The position numbers and the translations under genes are program-made. The notes below the pieces were generated by a model. It was not told the origin of the DNA. It saw only the letters and a program-made list of their open reading frames with translations, and ran no database searches. Of a stretch of 64,000 nt of DNA, positions 20,200 through 28,999 are shown in pieces (position 1 is the stretch's first letter; each line of letters opens with the position of its first letter). The DNA is from Candidatus Methanomethylicia archaeon (lineage in GTDB: Archaea > Thermoproteota > Methanomethylicia > Culexarchaeales > Culexarchaeaceae), in the NCBI GenBank assembly GCA_038727515.1, contig JAVYVS010000003.1:32001-96000 (forward strand). Direction: 5' to 3'.

Positions 20200-20290
20200 A
20201 TAGAGGACAATAATTGTTGTGCATTTATGATTATCATTTTATTCTATTATTGAATATATTTAGTAGTTCACTCTACATCACTCTACATGA

Positions 20291-20388
20291 GCGGGGGTAG
20301 CCAAGCCAGGTCAAAGGCGCGAGGCTCAGAAGGAAACTGAGAAACCTCGTGGCATAGGCCTTCGTGGGTTCAAATCCCACCCCCCGCA
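20291..20388 (+). tRNA. tRNA-Leu(CAG) with 13-nt intron at 37/38 (20331-20343)
   Basis: GCGGGGG/CCCCCGC acceptor, long variable arm, GTGGG-TTCAAAT-CCCAC, CGAGG/CCTCG anticodon stem, CTCA/TGAG BHB helix. Confidence 0.9.
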
Positions 20389-20452
20389 TCAAATGTTTTA
20401 AATTGTGAAAAATATTTTAGGTTCATTATATGAGATTATATGTAGCTGAATT

Positions 20453-20848
20453 ATGAAAAGGATAAAAACTGGAGTTGCATTTAAAGAGGAGACTCTAAAG
20501 ATATTGAGTGAATATATGGAAAAGATGAAATTAAATAATAGATCTAAAGTAATTGATGAAGCTATTAAATTGTATCTTTCTGAAAGAGGGTTAATTATGG
20601 AGGATGGTTTCTTTGGTGGTGTAATAACAGTATATTTTGAGCATAAAGCAGAACAAGAGTTAACAGAGCTACAACATAAATTCTTAAGGATTGTTATATC
20701 AAACACACATGCACATTTAGATGAGGAAAATTGTATTGAAGCTATACTTGTAAAGGGGGATGCAAAAGAGATAAAGCAATTTATATCTGAATTGGAGAAG
20801 GTAAAGGGTTTAAATGCATTGAGGTTTAGCTTCTTTAGAATAGTTTAA
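20453..20848 (+). CDS. nikR: NikR-family nickel-responsive regulator
   Basis: RHH N-terminus (NRSKVIDEAI), QH...HAHLDEENCIE nickel ligands. Confidence 0.88.
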   Translation: MKRIKTGVAFKEETLKILSEYMEKMKLNNRSKVIDEAIKLYLSERGLIMEDGFFGGVITVYFEHKAEQELTELQHKFLRIVISNTHAHLDEENCIEAILVKGDAKEIKQFISELEKVKGLNALRFSFFRIV

Positions 20849-21810
20849 GGGGATATTATCCCGGCAATCTTAGGAAATGGTACTGCATCCCATATAGCTT
20901 CTAAGCCACAAATGTATCTAGTTAATCTTTCAATACCTATTCCAAAACCGGCTGAGGGTGGAACTCCATCCTTTAATAATTCAAGATACCATTCATAATT
21001 TGAGGGGTTTTCACCACTTTTAATCATCCTTTCAATTACACGATCATATCTATATTCTCTTTCACCTCCAGAAATAGCTTCTCCATAACCCTCAGGATAT
21101 AATAAATCAAAATCCTTAAGTACCCCAAGTTTTTCATCACATTCCAAATAATAAAAGCCACGTGCAGTTATTGGGTAATTTACTATCCAAAATGGATGTT
21201 CATTTAATAGTGATATTGCTTCTTCAGCATCCCATGGAATTTCATCTCCATATTTTATGTTGTAACCCATGGATTTTAAAAGGTTTATAGCTTCATCATA
21301 TGTGTATCGTTTAAATGGTATTTTTGGAGGTTCTATATTCCTATTGAGCGATTTAAGTTCATTATGGCAATTTTCTAATACACAGTTAATCACATATTGA
21401 ATTAGTCTTTCTGCGAGGCGAATCATATCTTCACATGTTGCATGGGCAGATTCTATATCGATTTGTCTAAATTCAGTTAAATGCCTCTTTGTATGTATGG
21501 TTTCTGGAGGTTCTATCCTAATATTTGGGGAAAGTGAAAATATTTTGGGATAACATCTAATGGCCATTTGCTTATACAGAATCATACTACTCATAACTTT
21601 AAACTTAGAACCATAGTAATCTATGGTTAATTGTTTAGCTCCCCGTATACCTGGATCTGTACATGGACCTATTATTGGAGCTAGAATTTCTATAAAGCCT
21701 TCATTTCTCAAGAAATTTCTAATGGATGAAAGTATTTCATCTTGAATTCTTAAAATATGCTTGAATTTAGGTTCCTTAATCATAAGATGTCTACGAATAA
21801 CTGATTCCAC
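20845..21810 (-). CDS. asnA: archaeal asparagine synthetase (AsnRS catalytic core lacking the anticodon domain)
   Basis: TDPGIRGA, SMILYKQ, SPNIRIE, HLTEFRQID, EAISGGERE, SAGFGIGIERL; no OB fold; start estimated. Confidence 0.85.
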   Translation of the reverse strand: MESVIRRHLMIKEPKFKHILRIQDEILSSIRNFLRNEGFIEILAPIIGPCTDPGIRGAKQLTIDYYGSKFKVMSSMILYKQMAIRCYPKIFSLSPNIRIEPPETIHTKRHLTEFRQIDIESAHATCEDMIRLAERLIQYVINCVLENCHNELKSLNRNIEPPKIPFKRYTYDEAINLLKSMGYNIKYGDEIPWDAEEAISLLNEHPFWIVNYPITARGFYYLECDEKLGVLKDFDLLYPEGYGEAISGGEREYRYDRVIERMIKSGENPSNYEWYLELLKDGVPPSAGFGIGIERLTRYICGLEAIWDAVPFPKIAGIISP

Positions 21811-21861
21811 GAAAATCCCTTTATTAAAATAGTTATAGAGAATGCTATAAATTTTAATCAA

Positions 21862-22036
21862 AAATAATTGTAAAAAATGTAAATATAGAAGGACAATGTA
21901 ATAAATATATGTATTATATACTTTAGTTTATGTTATAAAATGTAAAAAATACTATTATAGCTATAAGTAAAACCCCAATAGAAATATAGGTGACAAATGT
22001 AATATAAAATAATGCATAGAAGACGGGGAGAGAATA
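21862..22036. promoter_or_regulatory. AT-rich divergent intergenic region, candidate replication origin with one ORB-like element (21973-21992)
   Basis: CCCCAATAGAAATATAGGTG resembles ORB TCCAnnnGAAA..GGG; repeated ATGTAA; directly upstream of cdc6. Confidence 0.35.
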
Positions 22037-23233
22037 TTGTCTAAAAAGCTAGATGAGTTGTTTTCAAAGATCATGCATTCTAAAATATTTGAGAATAGAG
22101 ATATGTTGAGACCAGATTATATTCCAGATGAACTACCACATAGAGAAAAACAAATACTCACACTAGCAAAAATACTTGCACCAATATTGCAAGGTCAAAG
22201 ACCATCAAACGTATTCATATATGGATTAACTGGAACTGGGAAAACTGCAGTTGCAAAATATGTTTTAGAAAATATTAAAAGTAGAAAGGAAGTTTCGGGG
22301 AAGATGGCAACAGCATATATAAATTGTAGATATGATGATACTGATTATAGAGTACTTGCAACATTAAATGAAACTATAGGGATACGTATCCCATTTACAG
22401 GATTAGCAACAGCAGAAGTTTACAAGAGGTTTGTTAATGGACTTGATAATAAAAAGATTTCAATGATAGTAGTATTAGATGAGATAGATGCATTGGTGAA
22501 GAAATGTGGAGATGAAGTATTATACAAATTGACTAGGATAAATACTGAACTAAAAAATAGTAGGGTATGTGTAATAGGGATAACGAACGATCTAAGATTT
22601 ACAGATTTCTTAAGTGCAAGAGTATTAAGTAGTTTAGGAGAAGAAGAAATAGTCTTCCCACCATATACAGCACCAGAACTTGAAGATATACTTATTAGAA
22701 GAGCTTCAAAGGCTTTCAAGCCCAATGTATTAGAAGATGGAGTTATAAAACTGTGCGCAGCATTAGCAGCAAAAGAACATGGAGATGCTAGAAGAGCATT
22801 AGAACTATTAAGAATAGCTGGAGAAATAGCTGAAAGAGAAGGTAAAGATAAAGTAACCATTGAAAATGTGAAACAAGCATACAAAGAGATAGAAAGAGAT
22901 AGAGAAATAGAAGCCATAAATAGTTTACCCTTACATTCAAAGATCATATTAGCAGCAATATATAAATTGCAGAAAATGGAAAAGAAAGAGATAACAACTG
23001 GAGAAATATATGATACATACAAAGCCTTATGCGAGAAAACAAAGATAGAACCACTAACTCAAAGAAGGGTTGGAGACTTAATAAATGAGTTAGATACTCT
23101 TGGGATAATAAATGCAAAAATAGTGAGTAGAGGAAGATATGGAAGAACCAAAATAATAAAATTGAGTGTAAGTGATAAAAGTATAAGGGAAAGTTTACTC
23201 AGTGATGAAAATATATTGAGGGTATTAACGTAA
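22037..23233 (+). CDS. cdc6: Orc1/Cdc6 replication initiator
   Basis: YIPDELPHRE, GLTGTGKT, VLDEID, HGDARRAL, SRGRYGRT. Confidence 0.97.
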   Translation: MSKKLDELFSKIMHSKIFENRDMLRPDYIPDELPHREKQILTLAKILAPILQGQRPSNVFIYGLTGTGKTAVAKYVLENIKSRKEVSGKMATAYINCRYDDTDYRVLATLNETIGIRIPFTGLATAEVYKRFVNGLDNKKISMIVVLDEIDALVKKCGDEVLYKLTRINTELKNSRVCVIGITNDLRFTDFLSARVLSSLGEEEIVFPPYTAPELEDILIRRASKAFKPNVLEDGVIKLCAALAAKEHGDARRALELLRIAGEIAEREGKDKVTIENVKQAYKEIERDREIEAINSLPLHSKIILAAIYKLQKMEKKEITTGEIYDTYKALCEKTKIEPLTQRRVGDLINELDTLGIINAKIVSRGRYGRTKIIKLSVSDKSIRESLLSDENILRVLT

Positions 23234-23815
23234 ATGAAGATATTAGCTTTTGAAGATGGGAAAATTTCAAAGAAGGAAAAGGATAAAACAATACTTGTAG
23301 GAGTAAAAACAAAAAATACAATACTTGAAGATGTATTCTTTAAAGAAATAGATGTTGATGGACTGGATGCTACAGATAAAGCCATCGATATAATAGATGA
23401 AGCAAAACCAATAAACATAGTATTACTAAATGGAATATCATATGCAGGATTCAATTTAATGGATGCAGAAAGAATATGGAAAGAAACAGAAATACCAGTA
23501 ATAATATATACTAGGAAGAAGCCAAATAACAAAGAAGTAATTTCAGCATTAATAAAACATTTTCCAGATTGGCGTGAAAGATGGAACATAATAAAGAGAA
23601 CATTAAAAATATCGAAAGGAATACATCAAATTAAGATAAAGGAAAATGAAAAAGAAGTGTACATTGAAAATATTGGAATAGATATAGGAGAAGCAATTAG
23701 AATATTGAGGGAGAACACCCTATGGGGTAGAAAACCAGAACCAATAAGGATTGCAGAAATAATTGCTAAGGAAGCTTCAAAAATATACATTCAAATTAAA
23801 GTTAAAAATATATGA
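23234..23815 (+). CDS. DUF99 family (endonuclease V-like) protein
   Basis: AFEDG, VDGLDAT, GISYAGFN, PEPIRIA. Confidence 0.85.
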   Translation: MKILAFEDGKISKKEKDKTILVGVKTKNTILEDVFFKEIDVDGLDATDKAIDIIDEAKPINIVLLNGISYAGFNLMDAERIWKETEIPVIIYTRKKPNNKEVISALIKHFPDWRERWNIIKRTLKISKGIHQIKIKENEKEVYIENIGIDIGEAIRILRENTLWGRKPEPIRIAEIIAKEASKIYIQIKVKNI

Positions 23816-23844
23816 AGAATAAATCTAATTTATTCTTTAGAAGT

Positions 23845-23921
23845 GCCTCGGTAGCTCAGCTCGGTAGAGCGGCGGCCTTGTAAGCCGTTGGTCGCGGGTT
23901 CAAATCCCGCCCGAGGCTCCA
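23845..23921 (+). tRNA. tRNA-Thr(TGT), CCA encoded
   Basis: GCCTCGG/CCGAGGC acceptor, loop CT-TGT-AA, TTCAAAT. Confidence 0.95.
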
Positions 23922-24431
23922 ATACTCCTAGTTCTAGAGCCCTATACATAGCCTCTCCTTTTAAATCTTCGGTACAAAGTTTAGTGTGATAGCGGATATA
24001 CATGATGATGCTGCTGGGAGGCTTGGTGCTGCCAGGTCTAGGCTGAGTCAATATGCGGAGAAAACATTGTATTGAGGTTGTATGAGGCCTTCTTGGGATG
24101 TGCTTGCCCCTGAGAGGAGTGGGCATTGAAGATACGCTTGAGCACATGGAGCTGCGCGTCAAGCTGATGATTCCACCCTCATAAAGATCTTCATTAAATT
24201 TCCAGATCTCTTATTAGCGGAGCATCATGTTCTACGCTCTCCTGAATATGAATTTTTATAGGAGGTGGACTTAAAGGAAGTAATGGACTTCTATGGGTTG
24301 AGGATGAGAAAACCATCATTCCCAAATACAATACCATGAAGATAAGAGAATGACTTTAACAAATATTATGAACCAAGATAATTTTATTACTTATTAAACT
24401 TTTAATTTATAGTAGGATTTGTAGTATTTGG

Positions 24432-24508
24432 GGGCCGGTAGCTCAGTCTGGAAGAGCATCCGCTTGGCATGCGGGGGGTCGCGGGTTCAAATCCCGCCCG
24501 GTCCACCA
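24432..24508 (+). tRNA. tRNA-Ala(GGC), CCA encoded
   Basis: GGGCCGG/CCGGTCC with G3:U70, loop TT-GGC-AT. Confidence 0.95.
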
Positions 24509-24812
24509 CCATTCTGGTTTAATACAATCTCTTAAAACTTCCTTTTATTACCCCATTTTGGTGGTTATTGATTGATAGGCTGATTTATTGTGATTATTTA
24601 CTTATGTTAAGTATTGGTATAAGATATAAAGGATATGGTCCATGATATAAAGTGGTCGCTTCTTACGAATAATTCAAGCTATCATTACTCCAAATGAAAT
24701 TAAGTTAATAATCAGTGTACATATTTTTAGGTTACTTCATGAATTCTATTCATATTAAACCTTTGAAAATTATGAAGAACATTTATTTAGAAGACCTAAT
24801 AAATCTACTATA

Positions 24813-24868
24813 GATGATGTGAAGAGGGTCAATGAGGTTAAACCGATGATTAACGCTGGAAACACTGA
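24813..24868 (+). ncRNA. candidate box C/D 2'-O-methylation guide sRNA
   Basis: C ATGATGT - 11-nt guide - D' ATGA - GGTT-A-AACC - C' ATGATTA - 12-nt guide - D CTGA; first guide complementary to the recalled 23S H69 sequence UGACCCUCUU. Confidence 0.7.
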
Positions 24869-25570
24869 TTAACCCCATATGTCTTTGTATAGTCCAATTT
24901 CAATTTCATATTGATGTACTACTATTGCAGCAACAACCCATGCATCAAGAGTTTCTGGATAAATGGAGCATTTCATATCTGCTAAGGATAAATTTTCTTC
25001 AGAAAATTCTCCACTTTGAAATCCACCAATTATGATTACTGGATTACTTTCATTAACCAATACTTTCGCTATTTGATTTGGAGTTAATCTCTCTCCAGCA
25101 GAGGTTAGTATGATTGTTTTTGATGGAGAAATATCCTTTATTAAGCTTTTTAAATCTGAACTCCTTAAAGTCATTAGGGATTTTACATTTTTAGGTGGAA
25201 CACGTTTTTCTTTAAACAATTGTTCAATTAATCCAATAAATCTATTGTAGTTTCTCGGTAAACGTATTGTCGGGTCTATGTCTATAACAAAGTCGTTTAT
25301 TGTGTGGACATATACTTTTATTAATCCCCGTTTGTTTGCTGGAAATCCTAATATGTTTAATAGGGTTAAATGTGTTATATCAGGTCTACCCCTCTTCCAA
25401 AATTTATCAATAGATTTCATAGCTTTATAATGTCGTGAAATATCTAAAAGTATTTCATCACTTTTTTTTCTTCTTCTCTTAGCATCTCGTACAATTATTG
25501 GATCATTGGAGATTTCTTTAGGTACAAGTTCAAGAGCAGCCTCTCCAATAATTATATTTAAAGGGGGCAG
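24869..25570 (-). CDS. nep1: 16S rRNA pseudouridine N1-methyltransferase Nep1/Emg1
   Basis: EAALELVP, KRGRPDITH, RLPRNYNRFIGL, IGGFQSG; the ORF-track extension overlaps rnp4, start proposed at CTG 25570. Confidence 0.9.
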   Translation of the reverse strand: MPPLNIIIGEAALELVPKEISNDPIIVRDAKRRRKKSDEILLDISRHYKAMKSIDKFWKRGRPDITHLTLLNILGFPANKRGLIKVYVHTINDFVIDIDPTIRLPRNYNRFIGLIEQLFKEKRVPPKNVKSLMTLRSSDLKSLIKDISPSKTIILTSAGERLTPNQIAKVLVNESNPVIIIGGFQSGEFSEENLSLADMKCSIYPETLDAWVVAAIVVHQYEIEIGLYKDIWG

Positions 25571-25616
25571 ATTTATCCACCAAATAAATATTAGTTTTTT
25601 TAAATCTATTAATTTA

Positions 25617-25937
25617 GTGTGGAGAAGAGTGCGTGAAATAGGTAGGGAACGTATAGAACGTCTATTTAAAATGGCGGAAGAGATATTCCATGAATATCCA
25701 GAGTTAGCTGATAGATATGTAGAGTTAGCACGTAAGATAAGTATGAAAGCTAGAATACGAATACCAAAAAAATGGAGAAGAAGATTTTGCCACAAGTGTT
25801 ATGCATTCCTTGTAGCGGGGGTTAATTGCCACGTAAGAATCAAACCTAGAAGGTCTCCTCATATAGTAGTCACATGTCATAGATGTGGAAATAAAATGAG
25901 GTATTTAATAAAGAGAAGAGTTCGAAAAGATGAATAA
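25617..25937 (+). CDS. rnp4: RNase P protein Rpp21
   Basis: RERIERLF, RYVELA, FCHKC...TCHRCG..RY; start at GTG 25617. Confidence 0.92.
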   Translation: MWRRVREIGRERIERLFKMAEEIFHEYPELADRYVELARKISMKARIRIPKKWRRRFCHKCYAFLVAGVNCHVRIKPRRSPHIVVTCHRCGNKMRYLIKRRVRKDE

Positions 25938-25966
25938 TTTAAGAAAACTATTTATAAGTCTGTCTC

Positions 25967-26284
25967 ATGCTTATTCATTTGAAAACTATGGATGAAAAGA
26001 TTAGTGAAAAGAAGAAGATGAAGATAATTGCTGTAAGAGATGAAGCACCAAAAATAAACATAGGAAAGAATGGGTTAACAGAAAATATTTTAAATGAAAT
26101 AGATAGGCAGCTTAACGAACATGAAGTTGTAAAAATAAAATTTTTAAGATCTATGCCTCTAATAGATGAAATTGACATAAAAGATTTAGGAAGAAAAATA
26201 TCATCAACGCTCAGCGCAGAAATAATAGATATTAGGGGAAAAACGATAACATTATATAGAAAGCAAAGAATTTATAAGAGATGA
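25967..26284 (+). CDS. YhbY/CRS1 RNA-binding protein
   Basis: NIGKNGLT, HEVVKIKF, RGKTITLY. Confidence 0.9.
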   Translation: MLIHLKTMDEKISEKKKMKIIAVRDEAPKINIGKNGLTENILNEIDRQLNEHEVVKIKFLRSMPLIDEIDIKDLGRKISSTLSAEIIDIRGKTITLYRKQRIYKR

Positions 26285-26322
26285 TTACGATTGAAGACTG
26301 ATTAAAAATTTGGTGATGCTCA

Positions 26323-26805
26323 ATGGTTTCACCTAAAGCAGTTCCAGCAGAAAAATTGATAATGGAGTTAGCTGAGAATCTAAAGAATAATTACCCACAA
26401 ATAAAACCTCCACAATGGGCACAATATGTGAAAACAGGTGTTCATAGAGAGAGAATTCCAGAAAATCCAGATTGGTGGTATATTCGTGCAGCAGCAATAC
26501 TGCGAAAAATATATTTACAGGGGCATGTAGGGGTTGAAACTCTTAGGATAAAGTTTGGAGGAAGAAAACAAAGAGGAACGAAAAAGAGCCACTTTAGAAA
26601 GGGAGGAGGGAAAATTATTAGAAAGATTTTACAACAACTTGAAGGGGCAAAGCTTATTAGAAGAGTAGAGGGAAAGGGAAGGACTCTAACTCCAGAAGGT
26701 TTATCACTATTACATAGAACTTCAAATAAGATATTTAGAAGCTTAATAAAAGATAACCCAGAGTTAAGAAAGTACATTGTAATTAAAGAAGCAAAAACAA
26801 AATGA
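26323..26805 (+). CDS. rps19e: 30S ribosomal protein S19e
   Basis: PPQWAQYVKTG, WWYIRAAAILRKIY, LQQLE. Confidence 0.97.
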   Translation: MVSPKAVPAEKLIMELAENLKNNYPQIKPPQWAQYVKTGVHRERIPENPDWWYIRAAAILRKIYLQGHVGVETLRIKFGGRKQRGTKKSHFRKGGGKIIRKILQQLEGAKLIRRVEGKGRTLTPEGLSLLHRTSNKIFRSLIKDNPELRKYIVIKEAKTK

Positions 26806-26820
26806 TTTGGAGGGGGAACA

Positions 26821-27174
26821 ATGAATAAAATTGAAGATGAATATGAGGAATATGATGAAGAATTAGAAGAAATAAGACGGAGAAGAGTAGAAGAACTTAG
26901 AAGAAAGATAGAGGAAGCAAAAAAGAGGGAGGCTATTGAGGCTGCAAAGCAAGAGGCATTAAGAAGGATTTTAACACCAGAAGCTAGAAGTAGATTAGCG
27001 AATTTAAAGATGGTTAAACCAGAACTTGTTGAACAATTGGAATTGCAATTGATACAGTTAGCACAGAGTGGTAGAATACAAATACCGATAACAGACGAAC
27101 AATTAAAAAGCATTCTACTTCAATTAACTAGTAAGAGGACACAGACAAAAATTATATGGAGGAGGGAAGAGTAG
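26821..27174 (+). CDS. PDCD5-like DNA-binding protein
   Basis: [25 protein letters not shown]. Confidence 0.92.
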   Translation: MNKIEDEYEEYDEELEEIRRRRVEELRRKIEEAKKREAIEAAKQEALRRILTPEARSRLANLKMVKPELVEQLELQLIQLAQSGRIQIPITDEQLKSILLQLTSKRTQTKIIWRREE

Positions 27175-27177
27175 TCT

Positions 27178-27333
27178 ATGGCACGTTATAAACCTTTAGG
27201 TAGAAAACTTAGATTGGCAAAAGCTAATAAACAAAATTCACCAGTTCCACTATGGGTTATTGTTAAGACAAGAGGCAAATTTAGGAGGCACCCAAAACTT
27301 AGACATTGGCGACAAACAAAATTAAAATTGTGA
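27178..27333 (+). CDS. rpl39e: 50S ribosomal protein L39e
   Basis: Own translation [27 protein letters not shown]...[10 protein letters not shown] (51 aa). Confidence 0.96.
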   Translation: MARYKPLGRKLRLAKANKQNSPVPLWVIVKTRGKFRRHPKLRHWRQTKLKL

Positions 27334-27342
27334 GGGAGAATT

Positions 27343-27624
27343 ATGAGTAAGGGAAAGGAAGAAATAGTATTGGAGCGTATATACACTATACCATTAAGAA
27401 TAGCTTACATGGTACCTAGAAATAAAAGGACGCCAAGAGCTGTAAGATTTATAAGATCATTTTTAGCAAAACACATGAAAAGTGATAAAATAATAATAAC
27501 GCCAGAATTGAATGAGATTTTATGGGCTAGAGGAATTCAGAAACCACCAAGAAAAATAAGGGTTAGAGTAACTAAAGATTCTGAGGGGATTGTAAAAGCA
27601 TATCCATTTACTGAAAACAATTGA
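27343..27624 (+). CDS. rpl31e: 50S ribosomal protein L31e
   Basis: ERIYTIPLR, LNEILWARGIQKPP. Confidence 0.96.
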   Translation: MSKGKEEIVLERIYTIPLRIAYMVPRNKRTPRAVRFIRSFLAKHMKSDKIIITPELNEILWARGIQKPPRKIRVRVTKDSEGIVKAYPFTENN

Positions 27625-27636
27625 GGGAATATAAAT

Positions 27637-28305
27637 TTGATAGAGAGACTCTCAATTTATGGAAGTAATAATATAGGGGTATTTTTCTCCCCAACTGATA
27701 AATATGTATTAGCACCATCAAATATACCATATAAAGTAGTAAACATATTAGAAGAGGTATTGAAAGTTAAAATTTTGCAAATTAATTTATGTGATTCCGT
27801 GCTTCTAGGGGTATTAACTGCTGGAAATTCAAATGGGTTAGTAGTTCCATATTATACATCAACAGAAGAATTGAATTATCTAAGATCAGAATTAAACATA
27901 AATGTAGAACCAATGCCAAGTAAGATAACAGCTTTAGGAAATGTAATTCTGGCGAATGATAATGCTGCTATAGTAAGTCCAGAATTAGATAGAAAGGATG
28001 TTGAAATCATAAGAGATGTATTAGATGTAGAAGTTGAAAAGTTCACCATAGCTGGATACAAAGTTGTTGGATCAGTTGGAGTAGCAAATAACAGGGGATG
28101 TATAGTGCATCCAATGGCATCAGAAGAAGAACTAAAAAATATAAGTGAGATACTAAAAGTAAAAGTGGATGTTGGAACTGTTAATGCAGGGTTCCCAATA
28201 GTGGGGGTTGGAATAGTGGCTAATTCTAATGGAATACTTGTTGGAAGCGCATCCACAGGTCCTGAAATAGCACATATAGAAAGAGTCTTGGAGGGGTTGA
28301 TTTAA
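27637..28305 (+). CDS. eif6: translation initiation factor 6
   Basis: GNSNG, ALGNVILAND, VGTVNAG, TGPE. Confidence 0.95.
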   Translation: MIERLSIYGSNNIGVFFSPTDKYVLAPSNIPYKVVNILEEVLKVKILQINLCDSVLLGVLTAGNSNGLVVPYYTSTEELNYLRSELNINVEPMPSKITALGNVILANDNAAIVSPELDRKDVEIIRDVLDVEVEKFTIAGYKVVGSVGVANNRGCIVHPMASEEELKNISEILKVKVDVGTVNAGFPIVGVGIVANSNGILVGSASTGPEIAHIERVLEGLI

Positions 28306-28308
28306 ATT

Positions 28309-28554
28309 ATGAGTATAAACATATATCGTGTAAAAGGTGATATAACACTTAGAAATGGAGAAACTATGAAATTCACATTAGATATTCCAGGATTAATTCC
28401 AGAGCATGCAATTGAAAGAGCATATTCAAGTTTAGGCAGTATACATAGGGTTAAAAGAGGGAACATAAGAATCACCTCGATAGAAGTTATAAATCCAAAA
28501 GATACGAAAAATAGTTTAATACAAAGCTTATGGAGGGAAAAGATGCATGAGTGA
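28309..28554 (+). CDS. rplX: 50S ribosomal protein L18Ae/LX
   Basis: AIERAYSSLGSIHRVKR; eif6-rplX-pfdA order. Confidence 0.9.
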   Translation: MSINIYRVKGDITLRNGETMKFTLDIPGLIPEHAIERAYSSLGSIHRVKRGNIRITSIEVINPKDTKNSLIQSLWREKMHE

Positions 28555-28993
28555 TATAAGTGAAAAGAAGATTGAAGAAGAAGCTGGAAGAATATATGCT
28601 CAGATAAATATGCTTAACTCAATTGCAGAATCATTAAAGGAGCAAAGTGAAGCTATACAAAAGCAATTAATAGACCTACAACTTTCACTTGAAACATTAA
28701 ATGAAATAAGTAAAATAGAGAAAAACTGTAGAGTAATTTTACCGCTTGGATCATCGATAATGGTGGATGCAATAATAATAGATAATGAAAATGCTTATAT
28801 CAATGTTGGTTCCAATGTAATAATTAAGAGACCAAACCAATACGTAAAGGAAATACTTGAAAAGAGGATGGAAATACTTCAGAAACAACAAATTGAAATA
28901 CAACAAAAATTAAATGAAACCATAAGTGGTATACAATATCTTCAAAATCAATTAAGCACATTACTTCAACAATTAAAAGAGAGAAAAGGATGA
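28547..28993 (+). CDS. pfdA: prefoldin alpha subunit
   Basis: Coiled coils flanking ILPLG...INVGSNV hairpins. Confidence 0.9.
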   Translation: MSDISEKKIEEEAGRIYAQINMLNSIAESLKEQSEAIQKQLIDLQLSLETLNEISKIEKNCRVILPLGSSIMVDAIIIDNENAYINVGSNVIIKRPNQYVKEILEKRMEILQKQQIEIQQKLNETISGIQYLQNQLSTLLQQLKERKG

Positions 28994-28999
28994 TCAATA

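Noticed and set aside
20320-20349. TCA in the anticodon loop suggesting tRNA-Sec or an opal suppressor
   Set aside because: Stem register CGAGG/CCTCG places CAG at 34-36; 7-bp acceptor, A73 and Leu-type body
24002-24046. ATGATGA...CTGA within the post-tRNA-Thr insert
   Set aside because: No internal D'/C' boxes; also explained by a decayed reading frame
23830-24162. 110-aa minus-strand ORF
   Set aside because: Its C-terminus is the antisense reading of tRNA-Thr (EPRAGFEPAT); no protein signal
25506-25795. Apparent head-to-head overlap of nep1 and rnp4
   Set aside because: Artefact of longest-ORF start choice; homology starts near 25570 (-) and 25617 (+)
26280-26336. Second C/D-like pattern (ATGATTA...CTGA...GTGATG)
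   Set aside because: No terminal CTGA; GGTGATG is the rps19e SD; no recognisable guide target
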